From Patescibacteria group bacterium (GTDB taxonomy: Bacteria > Patescibacteriota > Patescibacteriia > Patescibacteriales > JBAZCA01): 64,000 nucleotides of DNA. Shown in pieces: positions 35,093-44,957 of the stretch. The stretch spans positions 689 through 64,688 of the forward strand of contig JBAZCA010000003.1 in the NCBI GenBank assembly GCA_041671125.1, written 5' to 3'. The notes below the pieces were generated by a model. That model had not been told where the DNA came from and ran no database searches. It saw nothing but the letters and a program-made list of their open reading frames with translations. The translations under genes were made by a program, and so were the position numbers. Positions within the stretch are counted from its first letter, which is position 1. Every line of letters starts with the position of its first letter.

Positions 35093-35482
35093 TTAAGCCC
35101 CAACAAAATATTTAAACACAAAGCCCCAAATCGCATAGGCGCTAATGGTAATAATCAGCCCGACAATCGCCTGCCGGATGGTCGCGAGTGATTTTTTTAC
35201 TTTTTCTTCCTCGCCCCGAGCCATCATATATTCATAGCCGGCAAATACTATTAAAACAATAAAGATTACTCCGAGGACTGAAATAAAAACCCCAATCACC
35301 TGTCCGGCGATCGCGCCGATTGAAAGACCACCCGAATCGCTTTGCGACTGGTATCCGGCCGGTTCGGCGACTTTTTTTAGCTTATCCAACGGCCCATCGC
35401 CCTCGGCAAAAACGAAAGCGGGTAGTAAAAGAAATAAAAACAGAAAGCCGCTGATCGCTAATTTTTTAAAAAAAATAATCAT
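35093..35482 (-). CDS. VirB2/TrbC-like small membrane protein, paralogue B
   Basis: Core VLGVIFIVLIVFAGYEYMMARGEEEKVKKSLATIRQAIVGLIITISAYAIWGF. ATG at 35482 preferred over the TTG at 35500. Confidence 0.65.
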   Translation of the reverse strand: MIIFFKKLAISGFLFLFLLLPAFVFAEGDGPLDKLKKVAEPAGYQSQSDSGGLSIGAIAGQVIGVFISVLGVIFIVLIVFAGYEYMMARGEEEKVKKSLATIRQAIVGLIITISAYAIWGFVFKYFVGA

Positions 35483-35510
35483 AATAATGGCTTTAAGCAA
35501 TAATCTAAAA

Positions 35511-35942
35511 CTACTGCGGAGTTGAAGATGACTTTATCAGCCCGCTTCCGAGCTGATAAATCACAAAATAACTTATAACATAAGCGGCAAGGACAATAAC
35601 TAAACCGATTACCGCGTTTTTCATTATGTCTTTGGCTTTGGTAACTTTGGCTTCGTCGCCGCGAGCTGTCATCCATTCAAACCCGGCGTAAATCAAAAGG
35701 GCTAAAAAAATCACCCCTAAGAGCGAAAGGGCAATATTAATAATCATTCCGATAGTAGTATAAACAGTTTCTTCGCCGCTGCCCGTAACCGGCTTATAGC
35801 CGGCTTTACCGGCAAATTTGCCTAAAGTGCCTTCGCCGAAAGCGTCGCTAATTCCGACGGCCTGAATAACCGGGACTACGGAAGAAAAAATCAACGCTCC
35901 GAAAAAAATAATGGTAAAAACCGTAACTAGTTTTTTTCGCAT
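35511..35942 (-). CDS. VirB2/TrbC-like small membrane protein, paralogue C
   Basis: Core LLGVIFLALLIYAGFEWMTARGDEAKVTKAKDIMKNAVIGLVIVLAAYVISYF. Its stop (35511) lies about 28 nt upstream of paralogue B's preferred ATG (35482). Confidence 0.65.
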   Translation of the reverse strand: MRKKLVTVFTIIFFGALIFSSVVPVIQAVGISDAFGEGTLGKFAGKAGYKPVTGSGEETVYTTIGMIINIALSLLGVIFLALLIYAGFEWMTARGDEAKVTKAKDIMKNAVIGLVIVLAAYVISYFVIYQLGSGLIKSSSTPQ

Positions 35943-35948
35943 AAAAGA

Positions 35949-36374
35949 TTAAGTGCCGGTTGTCGGTTTCGTTAAAATTTCCCCGGCAAACTTCGTAATA
36001 ACGTAAGCCGAAAGGACAATAACGAGGCCGATTACCGCCTGCTGAATAAGTTCCTTGGCCTTGTCGGCTTCCTGCTGGTTACCGCGGGCGAGCATCCACG
36101 TAAATCCGGCATAAATCATGATCCCTAAAAAAATTATTCCGATAAATGAAAGAGCTATTCCTAAAATTGACCCGGCCCGGTCGTAAAAATCAATGGCTTG
36201 AGGTTCAGTTCCATAACCCGCTTTAAAAGTTTCCAGCAGTCCGGCCGTGGTTTTGCCGGTAAGGCCGGTGGGCGCGGGAGTTTGAGCCAAAACCGCCGAG
36301 ATGCTAAAAAAAATAAAAAATAAAAACAGACTGGACAGAATAAAAGCTTTAAATATTTTTGAAGCATTTGACAT
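35949..36374 (-). CDS. VirB2/TrbC-like small membrane protein, paralogue D
   Basis: Core FIGIIFLGIMIYAGFTWMLARGNQQEADKAKELIQQAVIGLVIVLSAYVITKF. ATG at 36374 preferred. 6 nt from paralogue C. Confidence 0.65.
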   Translation of the reverse strand: MSNASKIFKAFILSSLFLFFIFFSISAVLAQTPAPTGLTGKTTAGLLETFKAGYGTEPQAIDFYDRAGSILGIALSFIGIIFLGIMIYAGFTWMLARGNQQEADKAKELIQQAVIGLVIVLSAYVITKFAGEILTKPTTGT

Positions 36375-36554
36375 AATTTTCACAAAGAGAAACAAAAAAA
36401 AGGAATTGTCTGAACTTATTTTCGTTACGCGTTACACTATTTTTCAGTATAATTGCCTTAAACATGAATTTTTCGCGTCCTGTCCAAAGCAATGGGCCCG
36501 TCCGCTGTCTTCTCGTATTTGAGTCTCTGAAGACAGGCCCGAAGAATTTCCATA

Positions 36555-36950
36555 TTATACTGCCGGGGTTCCGCCGGTGGCCTCAAAAATCGTATTAATA
36601 AGAAATTGGGTGATTCCAAAGGCGGCGAGTACTATAACCAAACCGATAGCGCCGGCTTGGATCAATTTTCTCGCTTCCGTGATTTTGTCGTCGTTTCCCT
36701 GCGCGGTCATCCATTTAAAACCGCCAATCAGGATGATGATAACGGCTATCAGGCCGAGAAAGCCTAAAATAACCCTGATAACGTTTACGATAATGCTTTT
36801 TGGATCTTCATTTCCTAATCCGATATCGTTGGCGTCGTTAAGTCCGAGATCGTTGGTTGTCAGCGCCTGGGCGTTAACCGTTACGGCGACGGACAAAAGC
36901 GGGATGATAACCATCATCGCCATCATCAGCTGAATAAGTTTTTTCTTCAT
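36555..36950 (-). CDS. VirB2/TrbC-like small membrane protein, paralogue E
   Basis: Core FLGLIAVIIILIGGFKWMTAQGNDDKITEARKLIQAGAIGLVIVLAAFGITQF. Confidence 0.65.
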   Translation of the reverse strand: MKKKLIQLMMAMMVIIPLLSVAVTVNAQALTTNDLGLNDANDIGLGNEDPKSIIVNVIRVILGFLGLIAVIIILIGGFKWMTAQGNDDKITEARKLIQAGAIGLVIVLAAFGITQFLINTIFEATGGTPAV

Positions 36951-37016
36951 AATTCACCCCCTTTCCTTTCCAAAGAGAAAAATTTATATTCTCTTTATGT
37001 TAAAAGTAAAAACAAA

Positions 37017-37406
37017 TTAATCGTTGACAACATTATTCTGGATAGTGGTAATGAGAAAATTAGCAATAGCAAAAGCGGCCAGAACAATTAATAGCCCGAT
37101 GGCGCCGTTAACTATATACTTCCTGCCCTGGGTTACCTTGTCGTCGTTGCCTCCGGCAGTCATCCAGAGGAATCCGCCGATTAGGATAACAACAACGGCG
37201 ATAATGCCTAGAAAGCTTAAAGCCACCTGGATAATGTTAACAATAACATTCTTCGGGTTGGCATTTTGAAGCCCGATGTTGTTGGCAAAATTGAGGCCAA
37301 AATTACCGAGATTATCTTGTGCTAAAACTGCCGTTGATGGCAGAAGGACAGCCGCTAAAAGAAACGCCGCCGCCGCTAACTTAATCTTCTTTGTCCATTT
37401 ACACAT
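37017..37406 (-). CDS. VirB2/TrbC-like small membrane protein, paralogue F
   Basis: Core FLGIIAVVVILIGGFLWMTAGGNDDKVTQGRKYIVNGAIGLLIVLAAFAIANF. Closest to E and to the cores of P1/P2/P4. Confidence 0.65.
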   Translation of the reverse strand: MCKWTKKIKLAAAAFLLAAVLLPSTAVLAQDNLGNFGLNFANNIGLQNANPKNVIVNIIQVALSFLGIIAVVVILIGGFLWMTAGGNDDKVTQGRKYIVNGAIGLLIVLAAFAIANFLITTIQNNVVND

Positions 37407-37623
37407 AATTTTTCTTCTCTTTTAAAGAGAGTATAATAAATAGTTTAATTAAGGTTTTTTCCTCTGCAATAATTTTAGCATTTTCAGGATTTTGTTGCAA
37501 TGCTCACCTTGTATCATGTATTATGTATATTGTATCATGTATATCTTTTACCGCAACAGTAAAAATACCAGAACTTGCGCGTTTCGCGAATAAATATATT
37601 TTTTCATTCCGGCATTTCTTATC

Positions 37624-37726
37624 CCCCGTCATCCTGAGCGGAGTGAAACGGAGCGAAGGATCTCGTGTTTAGCGGAAATGCCACGAGATTCTTCGTCCCG
37701 AGTGCTCGGGACTCAGAATGACGGGG
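37624..37726. repeat. GC-rich double-hairpin repeat (CGTCATCCTGAGC family), copy 2
   Basis: ccccgtcatcctgagc...gaaggatctcgtg...cacgagattcttc..gtcccgag tg ctcgggac tcagaatgacgggg. Same orientation as copy 1 at 10556-10635. Confidence 0.75.
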
Positions 37727-37768
37727 TAAAAAAGCATTTCGTAATTCAAAGTAATATCAATAACAATC

Positions 37769-39433
37769 ATGAATAAAATTTCCTTTAAGACGATATTCTG
37801 GACGCTTTTTTACGTTTTTCTTTTCTGCCTGCTTTTGAACAATTCTTTCGGCTATCTTGATCCGGACTTGGGCTGGCATCTTAAAGCCGGGGAAGATATT
37901 CTAAGAGAAAAAAGCGTGCCTCATCTTAACTATTATAATTATACCTTGGAAAGGACGACTTGGGTAGACCATGAATGGCTTATTAATCTCGTCTCGTTTC
38001 TAATTTATTCTCGCTCCGGCAATATTGGCCTGAATATTTTTTTCGCCCTGCTGGCGCTTTCGACCTTAGCCGCTTTGCATGTTTTCGCGAAAAAACAGCT
38101 AGCAGGTTCAGAGGACAGTCCCGGCAATGTCCTTTTGGTTGTCTTTTTTATGATTTTAGGAGTTATCGCCATGTCGCCGCACCTCGGAGTCAGGATGCAG
38201 GAAACCGCCCTTTTATGCCTCGTGTTCCTATATATAATTTTGCGCCGCTATGATGAAAAAAAAGATTTTAAAATCCTTCTTATCCTGCCCCTGCTTTTTT
38301 ATTTCTGGGCTTCGGCTCACGCCAGCTTCCTGATTGGACTTTTCCTTATTTTTTTAAGGCTCATTACCATGCTTATGGAGAATACTCTAATTAAATATTT
38401 TCCCGGCTCAAAAATCAGTTCTTTTTTCGGGCTAAAAACGCCGTTGGATAGAAGGCATATCGCGTCTCTCGCTGTTTTTTTTGGCCTCAGCCTTATTGCC
38501 ACGCTCCTCACTCCTTACGGCCTGGAGCTTTACGGGTTCTTAAGTGATTACGGTAATACTTTTTACATGACCCATATAGCCGAATGGCTGCCGGCCTGGT
38601 ATTTGCCGATCGCTTACTGGCAGATGGCCTACATGGCTTTTGCCTTGGCCGGCCTTTTGCTTTACTCGCTTAACAAAAATAAGGAAGAGGGGGCTGGTTT
38701 ATGGGAATTTTCGCTTTTTTTCCTTTTCATGGCTCTGGCCTTTAAATCCAAAAGGCATTTCCCGCTGTTTTTTATCAGTTCCTTTCCTCTAATATTGAAT
38801 AGCTACGGAAGCGTTCTTTGGGGCGAATCGGCTCTCGGCGCGTCCTCCGGTCGTAACGAAGACGCCGGGGCCGGCGCTTCTTCCGGATTTTTTAGCGACG
38901 CGCCAAAATTCCCCCGGGTAATCCTCATTACTACCATAATCCTTGTTTCCGCGAGCCTTCTTCTAAAAACTAATTTTATATCCAACCCTTTTAAATATTT
39001 TTGCGGCGACTATCCTTGCGGGGCGTCTTCATTTTTAAAAGCCAGCCCCCAATATGAAAAACTGAACATCTTTAATGAATACGCCTGGGGCGGTTATCTT
39101 ATCTGGACTTACCCGGAAAGAAAACTTTTTATTGATGGCCGCCTGCCGCAACTGCCTTTCAAAAAACACACTTTTTTAGAAGAATATTTTGAATTGCTTG
39201 ATAAAGATAAGCTCGCCGCGAAGCTTAATGAATACGATATCCGGCTGGTTTTAATCCGAGCCAGCGAAAGGAAAATAAGATTCAATTTTATTGAAAAGAA
39301 AATCCTCGGACTTAACGAAGAAAAAGAAAATAAAGGCAAAAACGAACTGGCCGAGTTTTTAAAAAGTTCCGGCGCCTGGCGCGAAATTTACCGCGATGGT
39401 TTGGCGGTTATTTACTTATATGAAAACCGTTGA
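37769..39433 (+). CDS. large polytopic membrane protein, possible GT-C-type glycosyltransferase
   Basis: 554 aa with many hydrophobic helices, an early loop motif LDPDLGWHLKAGEDIL..VDHEWL, and a soluble C-terminal domain. Followed by, and overlapping, a GT2 gene. The functional call is tentative. Confidence 0.45.
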   Translation: MNKISFKTIFWTLFYVFLFCLLLNNSFGYLDPDLGWHLKAGEDILREKSVPHLNYYNYTLERTTWVDHEWLINLVSFLIYSRSGNIGLNIFFALLALSTLAALHVFAKKQLAGSEDSPGNVLLVVFFMILGVIAMSPHLGVRMQETALLCLVFLYIILRRYDEKKDFKILLILPLLFYFWASAHASFLIGLFLIFLRLITMLMENTLIKYFPGSKISSFFGLKTPLDRRHIASLAVFFGLSLIATLLTPYGLELYGFLSDYGNTFYMTHIAEWLPAWYLPIAYWQMAYMAFALAGLLLYSLNKNKEEGAGLWEFSLFFLFMALAFKSKRHFPLFFISSFPLILNSYGSVLWGESALGASSGRNEDAGAGASSGFFSDAPKFPRVILITTIILVSASLLLKTNFISNPFKYFCGDYPCGASSFLKASPQYEKLNIFNEYAWGGYLIWTYPERKLFIDGRLPQLPFKKHTFLEEYFELLDKDKLAAKLNEYDIRLVLIRASERKIRFNFIEKKILGLNEEKENKGKNELAEFLKSSGAWREIYRDGLAVIYLYENR

Positions 39434-40175
39434 TATCTGCCTGCCGATATATAATGAAGAAAAAATCCTGGAAAAAAATGTCCTGTTCCTTCTTGATTTT
39501 CTGAAAAAACAAAATTATCCTTTTAGCTGGAAAATCGTAATACTGAATAACGGCTCCACGGATAAATCAAAAGAAATAGGCGAACGCCTGGCGGAGTGGG
39601 GCATAAAAATGGAGAACGCTTTAAGACCGGGAAAAGGCGGGGCAATAAAAGAGTATTGGATGAAAAGCCGGGCTGATATTGCTTGCTACATGGATATTGA
39701 TCTGGCCGTGTCTTTAGAAAATATTTCCGACTTGCTTGTCCCGTTGGTTAACGAAAATTGCGACATGATCATTGGCTCCCGCTTGCTCTATGAATCCAAA
39801 ATTGACCGGTCGCTCATCCGGGAAATAAGCTCCCAGGGCTACAACCTTCTTTCGCGGCTAATCTGCGACCATAAATTCTCGGATCTGCAATGCGGATTTA
39901 AAGCGGTCCGAACCGATATTTTTAAAAAAATCGCGCCTTTTATCACTGACCGTAAATGGTTTTTTGATACAGAATTGGTTATTTACGCGGGAAAACTGGG
40001 CTACAAAATAAAGGAGGTTCCGGTTGAATGGTCGGAAAATCGTTATGATAAAAGAAAGAGTAAAGTGAACCTTTTTAAGGACACTCTTACCTTTATCATC
40101 AATCTTCTTAAACTTAACCGCAGAATGAAAAAGCAAGGGGCCGGAGCGGATCGCCTTGAAATCCCTAATATTTAA
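39420..40175 (+). CDS. family 2 glycosyltransferase (polyprenyl-phosphate glycosyltransferase-like)
   Basis: ICLPIYNEEKILEKNV, ILNNGSTDKS and MDIDLA (DxD). ATG at 39420 overlaps the upstream stop by 14 nt. Confidence 0.8.
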   Translation: MKTVDICLPIYNEEKILEKNVLFLLDFLKKQNYPFSWKIVILNNGSTDKSKEIGERLAEWGIKMENALRPGKGGAIKEYWMKSRADIACYMDIDLAVSLENISDLLVPLVNENCDMIIGSRLLYESKIDRSLIREISSQGYNLLSRLICDHKFSDLQCGFKAVRTDIFKKIAPFITDRKWFFDTELVIYAGKLGYKIKEVPVEWSENRYDKRKSKVNLFKDTLTFIINLLKLNRRMKKQGAGADRLEIPNI

Positions 40176-40250
40176 TGATATATTGCAATCACATCGGCAA
40201 CCGTTAATAACCTGATAAATTTTCTCCTAGCAATTTAAGACACCAATCCT

Positions 40251-41381
40251 ATGGCGCGAAAAAAAACAACTAAACCAATAATTTTTTCCGGCATCCAGCC
40301 TTCGGGAAATCTCCATCTCGGTAACTATCTCGGGGCGATCGTCCAGTGGGTGGAACTGCAGGATCAGTACGACTGCGTATTTTGCGTCGTTGATTATCAC
40401 GCCATTACCGTTAAGCAGGATCCGAAAATTTTAAAGGAGAAAATCGTAGAAATCGCTAAAATCTATTTAGCCTCGGGCATTGACCCGAAAAAATCCATAA
40501 TCTTTCAGCAATCAGCCCGGCCGGAGCATACTGAATTAGCGTGGATTTTAAATACGATAACCAGAATGTCTGATTTATTCAGGATGACTCAGTTTAAAGA
40601 TAAATCTGGCGCGGTTATCTTGAAGAAAAAATTAAAAATAAAACATAAAGAGAAAATAAATGGTGAGGTTAAATCTGTGAGAGAAGATGTTTTTGAAATC
40701 GGTCGGGAAAAACTAAGTCCTGAGGAATATAGTCAATATTTACTAAACAGAACCGGGGTAGGGCTTTTCGACTATCCCGTCCTCATGGCCGCCGACATAT
40801 TATTGTATGACACTGATTTAGTGCCGGTCGGCGAAGACCAGTCTCAGCATGTTGAACTTTGCCGGACACTGGCAAGAAGATTTAATCAGCAATTTAACGA
40901 GACTTTTAAAATACCGGAAGTTAAAATAAAAGAAGAATCGGCCCGGATCATGGGGCTGGATGACCCGGCAAAAAAAATGAGTAAGAGCGCGTCCAGTGAG
41001 AATAATTACATTGCCCTAACCGATTCTCCGGAGAAAGCCGGAAAAAAAATAACTCGCGCCGTTACTGACTCGGGTTCGGAAGTTAAATATGATAAAATCG
41101 CGAAGCCGGCCATTTCCAATTTAATGACTATCTATTCGCTTCTCGCGAACACATCTTTTGAAAATATTGAGAAAAAATATAAAGGCAAGGGTTACGGCGA
41201 ATTTAAAAAAGACCTCGCTGAAATTGTCGTGGATTTTTTAACCGCTTTCCAGAAAAAATACAACGCCATCCCGGACGAAGAAGTAAAAAAAATCCTGGCG
41301 CAAGGCGCGGAAAAATTAGCGCCGATCGCCAAAAAAAATATGGAGAAAGTAAAAAATAATATCGGCGTGCTGTTAGAATAA
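40251..41381 (+). CDS. trpS: tryptophan--tRNA ligase
   Basis: IFSGIQPSGNLHLGNYLGA (HIGH region), YPVLMAADIL and KMSKS. Contains a Lys-rich insertion of about 45 aa after QFKDKSG. Confidence 0.95.
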   Translation: MARKKTTKPIIFSGIQPSGNLHLGNYLGAIVQWVELQDQYDCVFCVVDYHAITVKQDPKILKEKIVEIAKIYLASGIDPKKSIIFQQSARPEHTELAWILNTITRMSDLFRMTQFKDKSGAVILKKKLKIKHKEKINGEVKSVREDVFEIGREKLSPEEYSQYLLNRTGVGLFDYPVLMAADILLYDTDLVPVGEDQSQHVELCRTLARRFNQQFNETFKIPEVKIKEESARIMGLDDPAKKMSKSASSENNYIALTDSPEKAGKKITRAVTDSGSEVKYDKIAKPAISNLMTIYSLLANTSFENIEKKYKGKGYGEFKKDLAEIVVDFLTAFQKKYNAIPDEEVKKILAQGAEKLAPIAKKNMEKVKNNIGVLLE

Positions 41382-41404
41382 CCTTCAAAAACAATTCGGA
41401 AATA

Positions 41405-41442
41405 AAACACCCCACTTTTTAAAAAAGGTGGGGTGATTTTTA
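41405..41442. terminator. bidirectional intrinsic terminator between convergent trpS and valS
   Basis: caccccac / gtggggtg stem flanked by an A-run and a T-run. Confidence 0.65.
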
Positions 41443-41470
41443 ATTCCGCGACAATCAAGGTTTTAATTTC

Positions 41471-44137
41471 TTAATTTCCACTTTTAAGCTTTTCCAGCTC
41501 AATTTTCCAATTTTCCAGTTTTTCTTTTTCCTTTTTAATTATTTCCTCCGGCGCTTTTTCCATAAATTCTTTATTTTCTAAACGCCCGGTAAGCCCGCTG
41601 ATCATTTTTTCCAAACGCTCCACTTCTTTTTTTATCCGCTCTTTTTCCTTTACTTCATCAATCGCACCGACAAGGTAAATTTCAACGCCGCCGACTGCCG
41701 CGTGGATCGCTTTTTCAATTTTCTCTCCGGTTTCCAGAATTTCCAGTTCGTTGATACCGGTCCGAAGTCCTTTTATTAATCCGGCCTGCGATTCAATCAA
41801 TTTAATATCCTTTCCGGCATAAATTATGGCTTTGACTTTTTTCGCCGGTTCAACTTTATTTTCCGCCCGCGCGTTCCTTATGGACTTAATCACTTCAATT
41901 ACTATATCAAATCCGCTCTCCTCATATTCCGCCGCTTTTTCCTCCGGCCACTCGGTTATCAAAAGCGGCTTATCAGCGCCTAGTCCGCTCCAGACGGCCT
42001 CAGTAATAAAAGGGATAAAAGGATGCCAGAGTTTTAGTAATCCCTCAAGGACATATTTAAGAACTTTGTTCTTTTCGGATGTTTTTTCAAATTTGCTTAA
42101 TTCAAGATACCAGTCAGCAAATTCGCTCCGGGTGAAATCTCTTAGCTTTTCGCCGGCCTGGGAAAACCTAAAGTTGCTAAAATCATTATTAACCTGTTTT
42201 ATCAAAGCCTGAAATTTCGCCAAAATCCATTTATCCGCCAAAGTCAGATTAGCATTATTAAATTCCGAATTCCCAACGCCATTCTCCTGGTTAGAAAAAA
42301 CGAATAAGGAAATATTCCAGAGTTTAGTGATAAAATTCCTCGCGCCGATAATTTTTTCCTCGTAAAATTTTGAATCATTTCCCGGCGATACTCCTAAAAG
42401 GAGGCTCAGGCGGAGCGAATCAGTGCCATAGTCCCTTATTACGTCCAGCGGGTCAATATTATTGCCGGATGATTTTGAAAACTTCCGGCCCTTTTCGTCG
42501 CGCAACATGCCGTGGATATATACGTCGCGGAAAGGAATTTCATCTAGCGTGTAAGTCGTCATTAAAATCATCCGCGCCATCCAAAAAAATAAAATTTCAT
42601 AACCCATCTGCATCCAGGCAGTCGGATGGAATGTCTTTAAATCATCATTATCGGCGGGTTTACCCGCCGTAGCTTCAGCGGAGGCGGGCCACCCAAGGGT
42701 TGAAAAAGTCCATAACGCCGAAGAATACCAGGTGTCCAAAGTATCTTCGTCTTGGATCCACCCCTCGCCTTCCGGAGGTTCAATCCCAACATAAATATCT
42801 TCCAAATTTTTGGAATTTGGAATTTGAGATTTGGAATTTGCATACCATACGGGTATGCGGTGTCCCCACCAAATTTGCCGCGAAATGCACCAGTCGCGCA
42901 AATTATCAATCCAGTTTAAATAAGTCTTATGGAACCTCTCCGGAATGATGGTTATTTTTTGAGCCGGATCGTTATTTAAGCCGGCCTCAACCGCTTCCCG
43001 CATCAGGTCTTTTAAACTTTTTCCTTTTCCCGGGATGATTTTATTGACGCTTACGAACCACTGCTCTTTTATCTGAGGTTCAACCAAACCATCACTCCGA
43101 TCCCCTTTGGCGACCCGATGAATATAATCTTCTTCCACCTTAACCAAAAGATTTTTTTCTTTTAATCTTTCTATTATCTTCGGTCTGGCTTTTAGAATAT
43201 CCATTCCTGCAAACTCACCCGCGATCGGCATCAATTCGCCGTTAAAATCAATAATTTGTTCTCCCTCTAAATTGTGTCTTTCCGCGATTTCAAAATCAAC
43301 CATGTCATGCCATGGCGTAATAGTCATGACTCCGGTTCCAAATTCCGGTTCAATGATACTATCCTTAATTATCGTTGCCGTAACCTTTCCATTAATCCAT
43401 TCACATTCAAACTTATCACCGTGTTTGTATTGCGCGTACCGTTCATCATCCGGATGCATAACTACATATTTGTCGCCAAATTTGGTTTCCGGGCGGGCGG
43501 TCGCGATTACGAATGGGCCGTATTGAAGATAATAAAAGGGCGCTTTTTCCTCGTGCCAAACTATCTCGTCGTCGGAAATTGTAGTTTGGAGTTTTGCATC
43601 CCAATTAACAATCCTTTTTCCGCGATAGATAAGCCCGTCGTCGTACATTTTTTTAAAAACCGTATTAACCGCCAGGTTGCGCTCGTCGTCAAAAGTATAA
43701 GCCAGGCGCGACCAGTCGCAGGAAGTCCCCATCTTCCGAATCTGCGAAAGGATGGTGGCTTTTGATTCTTCGGCATATTTTTTTATCTCTTTTAAAAGCC
43801 CCTCACGCCCGAGTTCCTGCCTCGGATTTTTTACGCCCTTTTCCATTAAGAGTTTTTCCACTTTAGCCTGCGTGGCCACGGCCGCGTGATCGGTTCCGGG
43901 GACGAGAAGAACTTTTTTTCCGCACATCCGCTGATAACGAGCCATGACGTCCATGAGGGAGTTTTCTAAAGCATGCCCAAGATGCAAAACTCCGGTAACG
44001 TTCGGCGGCGGCATCATGATTGAATAGGGATCGCCTTTCAGATTATCAGGATTAAAAAAACCCGACTGTTCCCATTTTTCATAAATTCCGTCTTCGTGCT
44101 CGGCTGGGTTATAGGTTTTGGGCAATTCTTTTTTCAT
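41471..44137 (-). CDS. valS: valine--tRNA ligase
   Basis: PPPNVTGVLHLGHA, KFSKSSGN and a C-terminal coiled coil; 888 aa. In-frame TGGAATT array at 42811-42838. Confidence 0.97.
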   Translation of the reverse strand: MKKELPKTYNPAEHEDGIYEKWEQSGFFNPDNLKGDPYSIMMPPPNVTGVLHLGHALENSLMDVMARYQRMCGKKVLLVPGTDHAAVATQAKVEKLLMEKGVKNPRQELGREGLLKEIKKYAEESKATILSQIRKMGTSCDWSRLAYTFDDERNLAVNTVFKKMYDDGLIYRGKRIVNWDAKLQTTISDDEIVWHEEKAPFYYLQYGPFVIATARPETKFGDKYVVMHPDDERYAQYKHGDKFECEWINGKVTATIIKDSIIEPEFGTGVMTITPWHDMVDFEIAERHNLEGEQIIDFNGELMPIAGEFAGMDILKARPKIIERLKEKNLLVKVEEDYIHRVAKGDRSDGLVEPQIKEQWFVSVNKIIPGKGKSLKDLMREAVEAGLNNDPAQKITIIPERFHKTYLNWIDNLRDWCISRQIWWGHRIPVWYANSKSQIPNSKNLEDIYVGIEPPEGEGWIQDEDTLDTWYSSALWTFSTLGWPASAEATAGKPADNDDLKTFHPTAWMQMGYEILFFWMARMILMTTYTLDEIPFRDVYIHGMLRDEKGRKFSKSSGNNIDPLDVIRDYGTDSLRLSLLLGVSPGNDSKFYEEKIIGARNFITKLWNISLFVFSNQENGVGNSEFNNANLTLADKWILAKFQALIKQVNNDFSNFRFSQAGEKLRDFTRSEFADWYLELSKFEKTSEKNKVLKYVLEGLLKLWHPFIPFITEAVWSGLGADKPLLITEWPEEKAAEYEESGFDIVIEVIKSIRNARAENKVEPAKKVKAIIYAGKDIKLIESQAGLIKGLRTGINELEILETGEKIEKAIHAAVGGVEIYLVGAIDEVKEKERIKKEVERLEKMISGLTGRLENKEFMEKAPEEIIKKEKEKLENWKIELEKLKSGN

Positions 44138-44146
44138 ATACCATTT

Positions 44147-44854
44147 TTATTTTATAATCGTCCCGACGCATTTTTTTCCGGCCAGGCAGTCTTTTAAGTT
44201 GGCTAAATTTTTTCCGTTCATGATCACTATTTCCATGCCGAGCTTATGGGCTTCCCGCGACGCGATCGGATCAAAGGGGGCGTTTAGGCCCGGATCCCAT
44301 TTATCGCCGACGATTTTCCGGAAATCGCTCCAGGAAATATTTTCAATTTTTCTGGCATCTTTAAATTTTTTCGGATCCTTGTCGTAGACGTGAGAAATAT
44401 TGGAAAGGTTAATAATGGTTTTTGCCCCGAGCCTTTTCGCGAGAACTACCGCGTCGTGGTCGGTTGAAAATCCCGGACGCCAGCCGGCGGCGACCATGAG
44501 CCCTTCGCCTTTTTTAAAATGTTTATTTAAATCTTCCTTAGTATTTGGATTTTTATTAATCCGCGGATGGGCGTAGTCGCGGAAAATAGTTTTTATGAGA
44601 TGGGCGTTTAATCGGGTGGTATGGATCCCGAGCCAATCCCGGTCGTCGTCGGTCAATTTCATCACCTTGCTCGCCGCCTGCTGGTAATCCCGGCAGGTTC
44701 TTCCGCCGCCGGTTACGATTATGAAGCGGTCGCCGTCCTTTATCCGCTCAATTATCAACTGCCTGAATTTTTTTAAAAATTTCCAGTCAATTCCGCCAGC
44801 CGGAACGATAAGTGATCCGCCGAGCGAGATAACATAAATTTTTTCTTGAGTCAT
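44147..44854 (-). CDS. pyrH: UMP kinase, archaeal type
   Basis: IYVISLGGSLIVP, IIVTGGGRTCRDY, GWRPGFSTDHDAV and NISHVYDKDPKK parallel archaeal PyrH. Start moved to the ATG at 44854. Confidence 0.8.
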   Translation of the reverse strand: MTQEKIYVISLGGSLIVPAGGIDWKFLKKFRQLIIERIKDGDRFIIVTGGGRTCRDYQQAASKVMKLTDDDRDWLGIHTTRLNAHLIKTIFRDYAHPRINKNPNTKEDLNKHFKKGEGLMVAAGWRPGFSTDHDAVVLAKRLGAKTIINLSNISHVYDKDPKKFKDARKIENISWSDFRKIVGDKWDPGLNAPFDPIASREAHKLGMEIVIMNGKNLANLKDCLAGKKCVGTIIK

Positions 44855-44957
44855 AAATTTAATAACCGATTTCCAGAAAACAGACAAACTCCAATGCGGC
44901 TTGGCTATATCTACCGTCTGGCCATCAATAATCCGGACGCGATAATTTATTAGCCGG

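Noticed and set aside
34497-37406. The small pilin-like proteins as type IV (PilA/ComGC-type) pilins
   Set aside because: They have no class III signal (G-F/M-T-L-I/L-E) after a short basic leader. Instead they have a Sec-type signal peptide and a two-helix hairpin with a charged central loop, which is the VirB2/TrbC-type layout.
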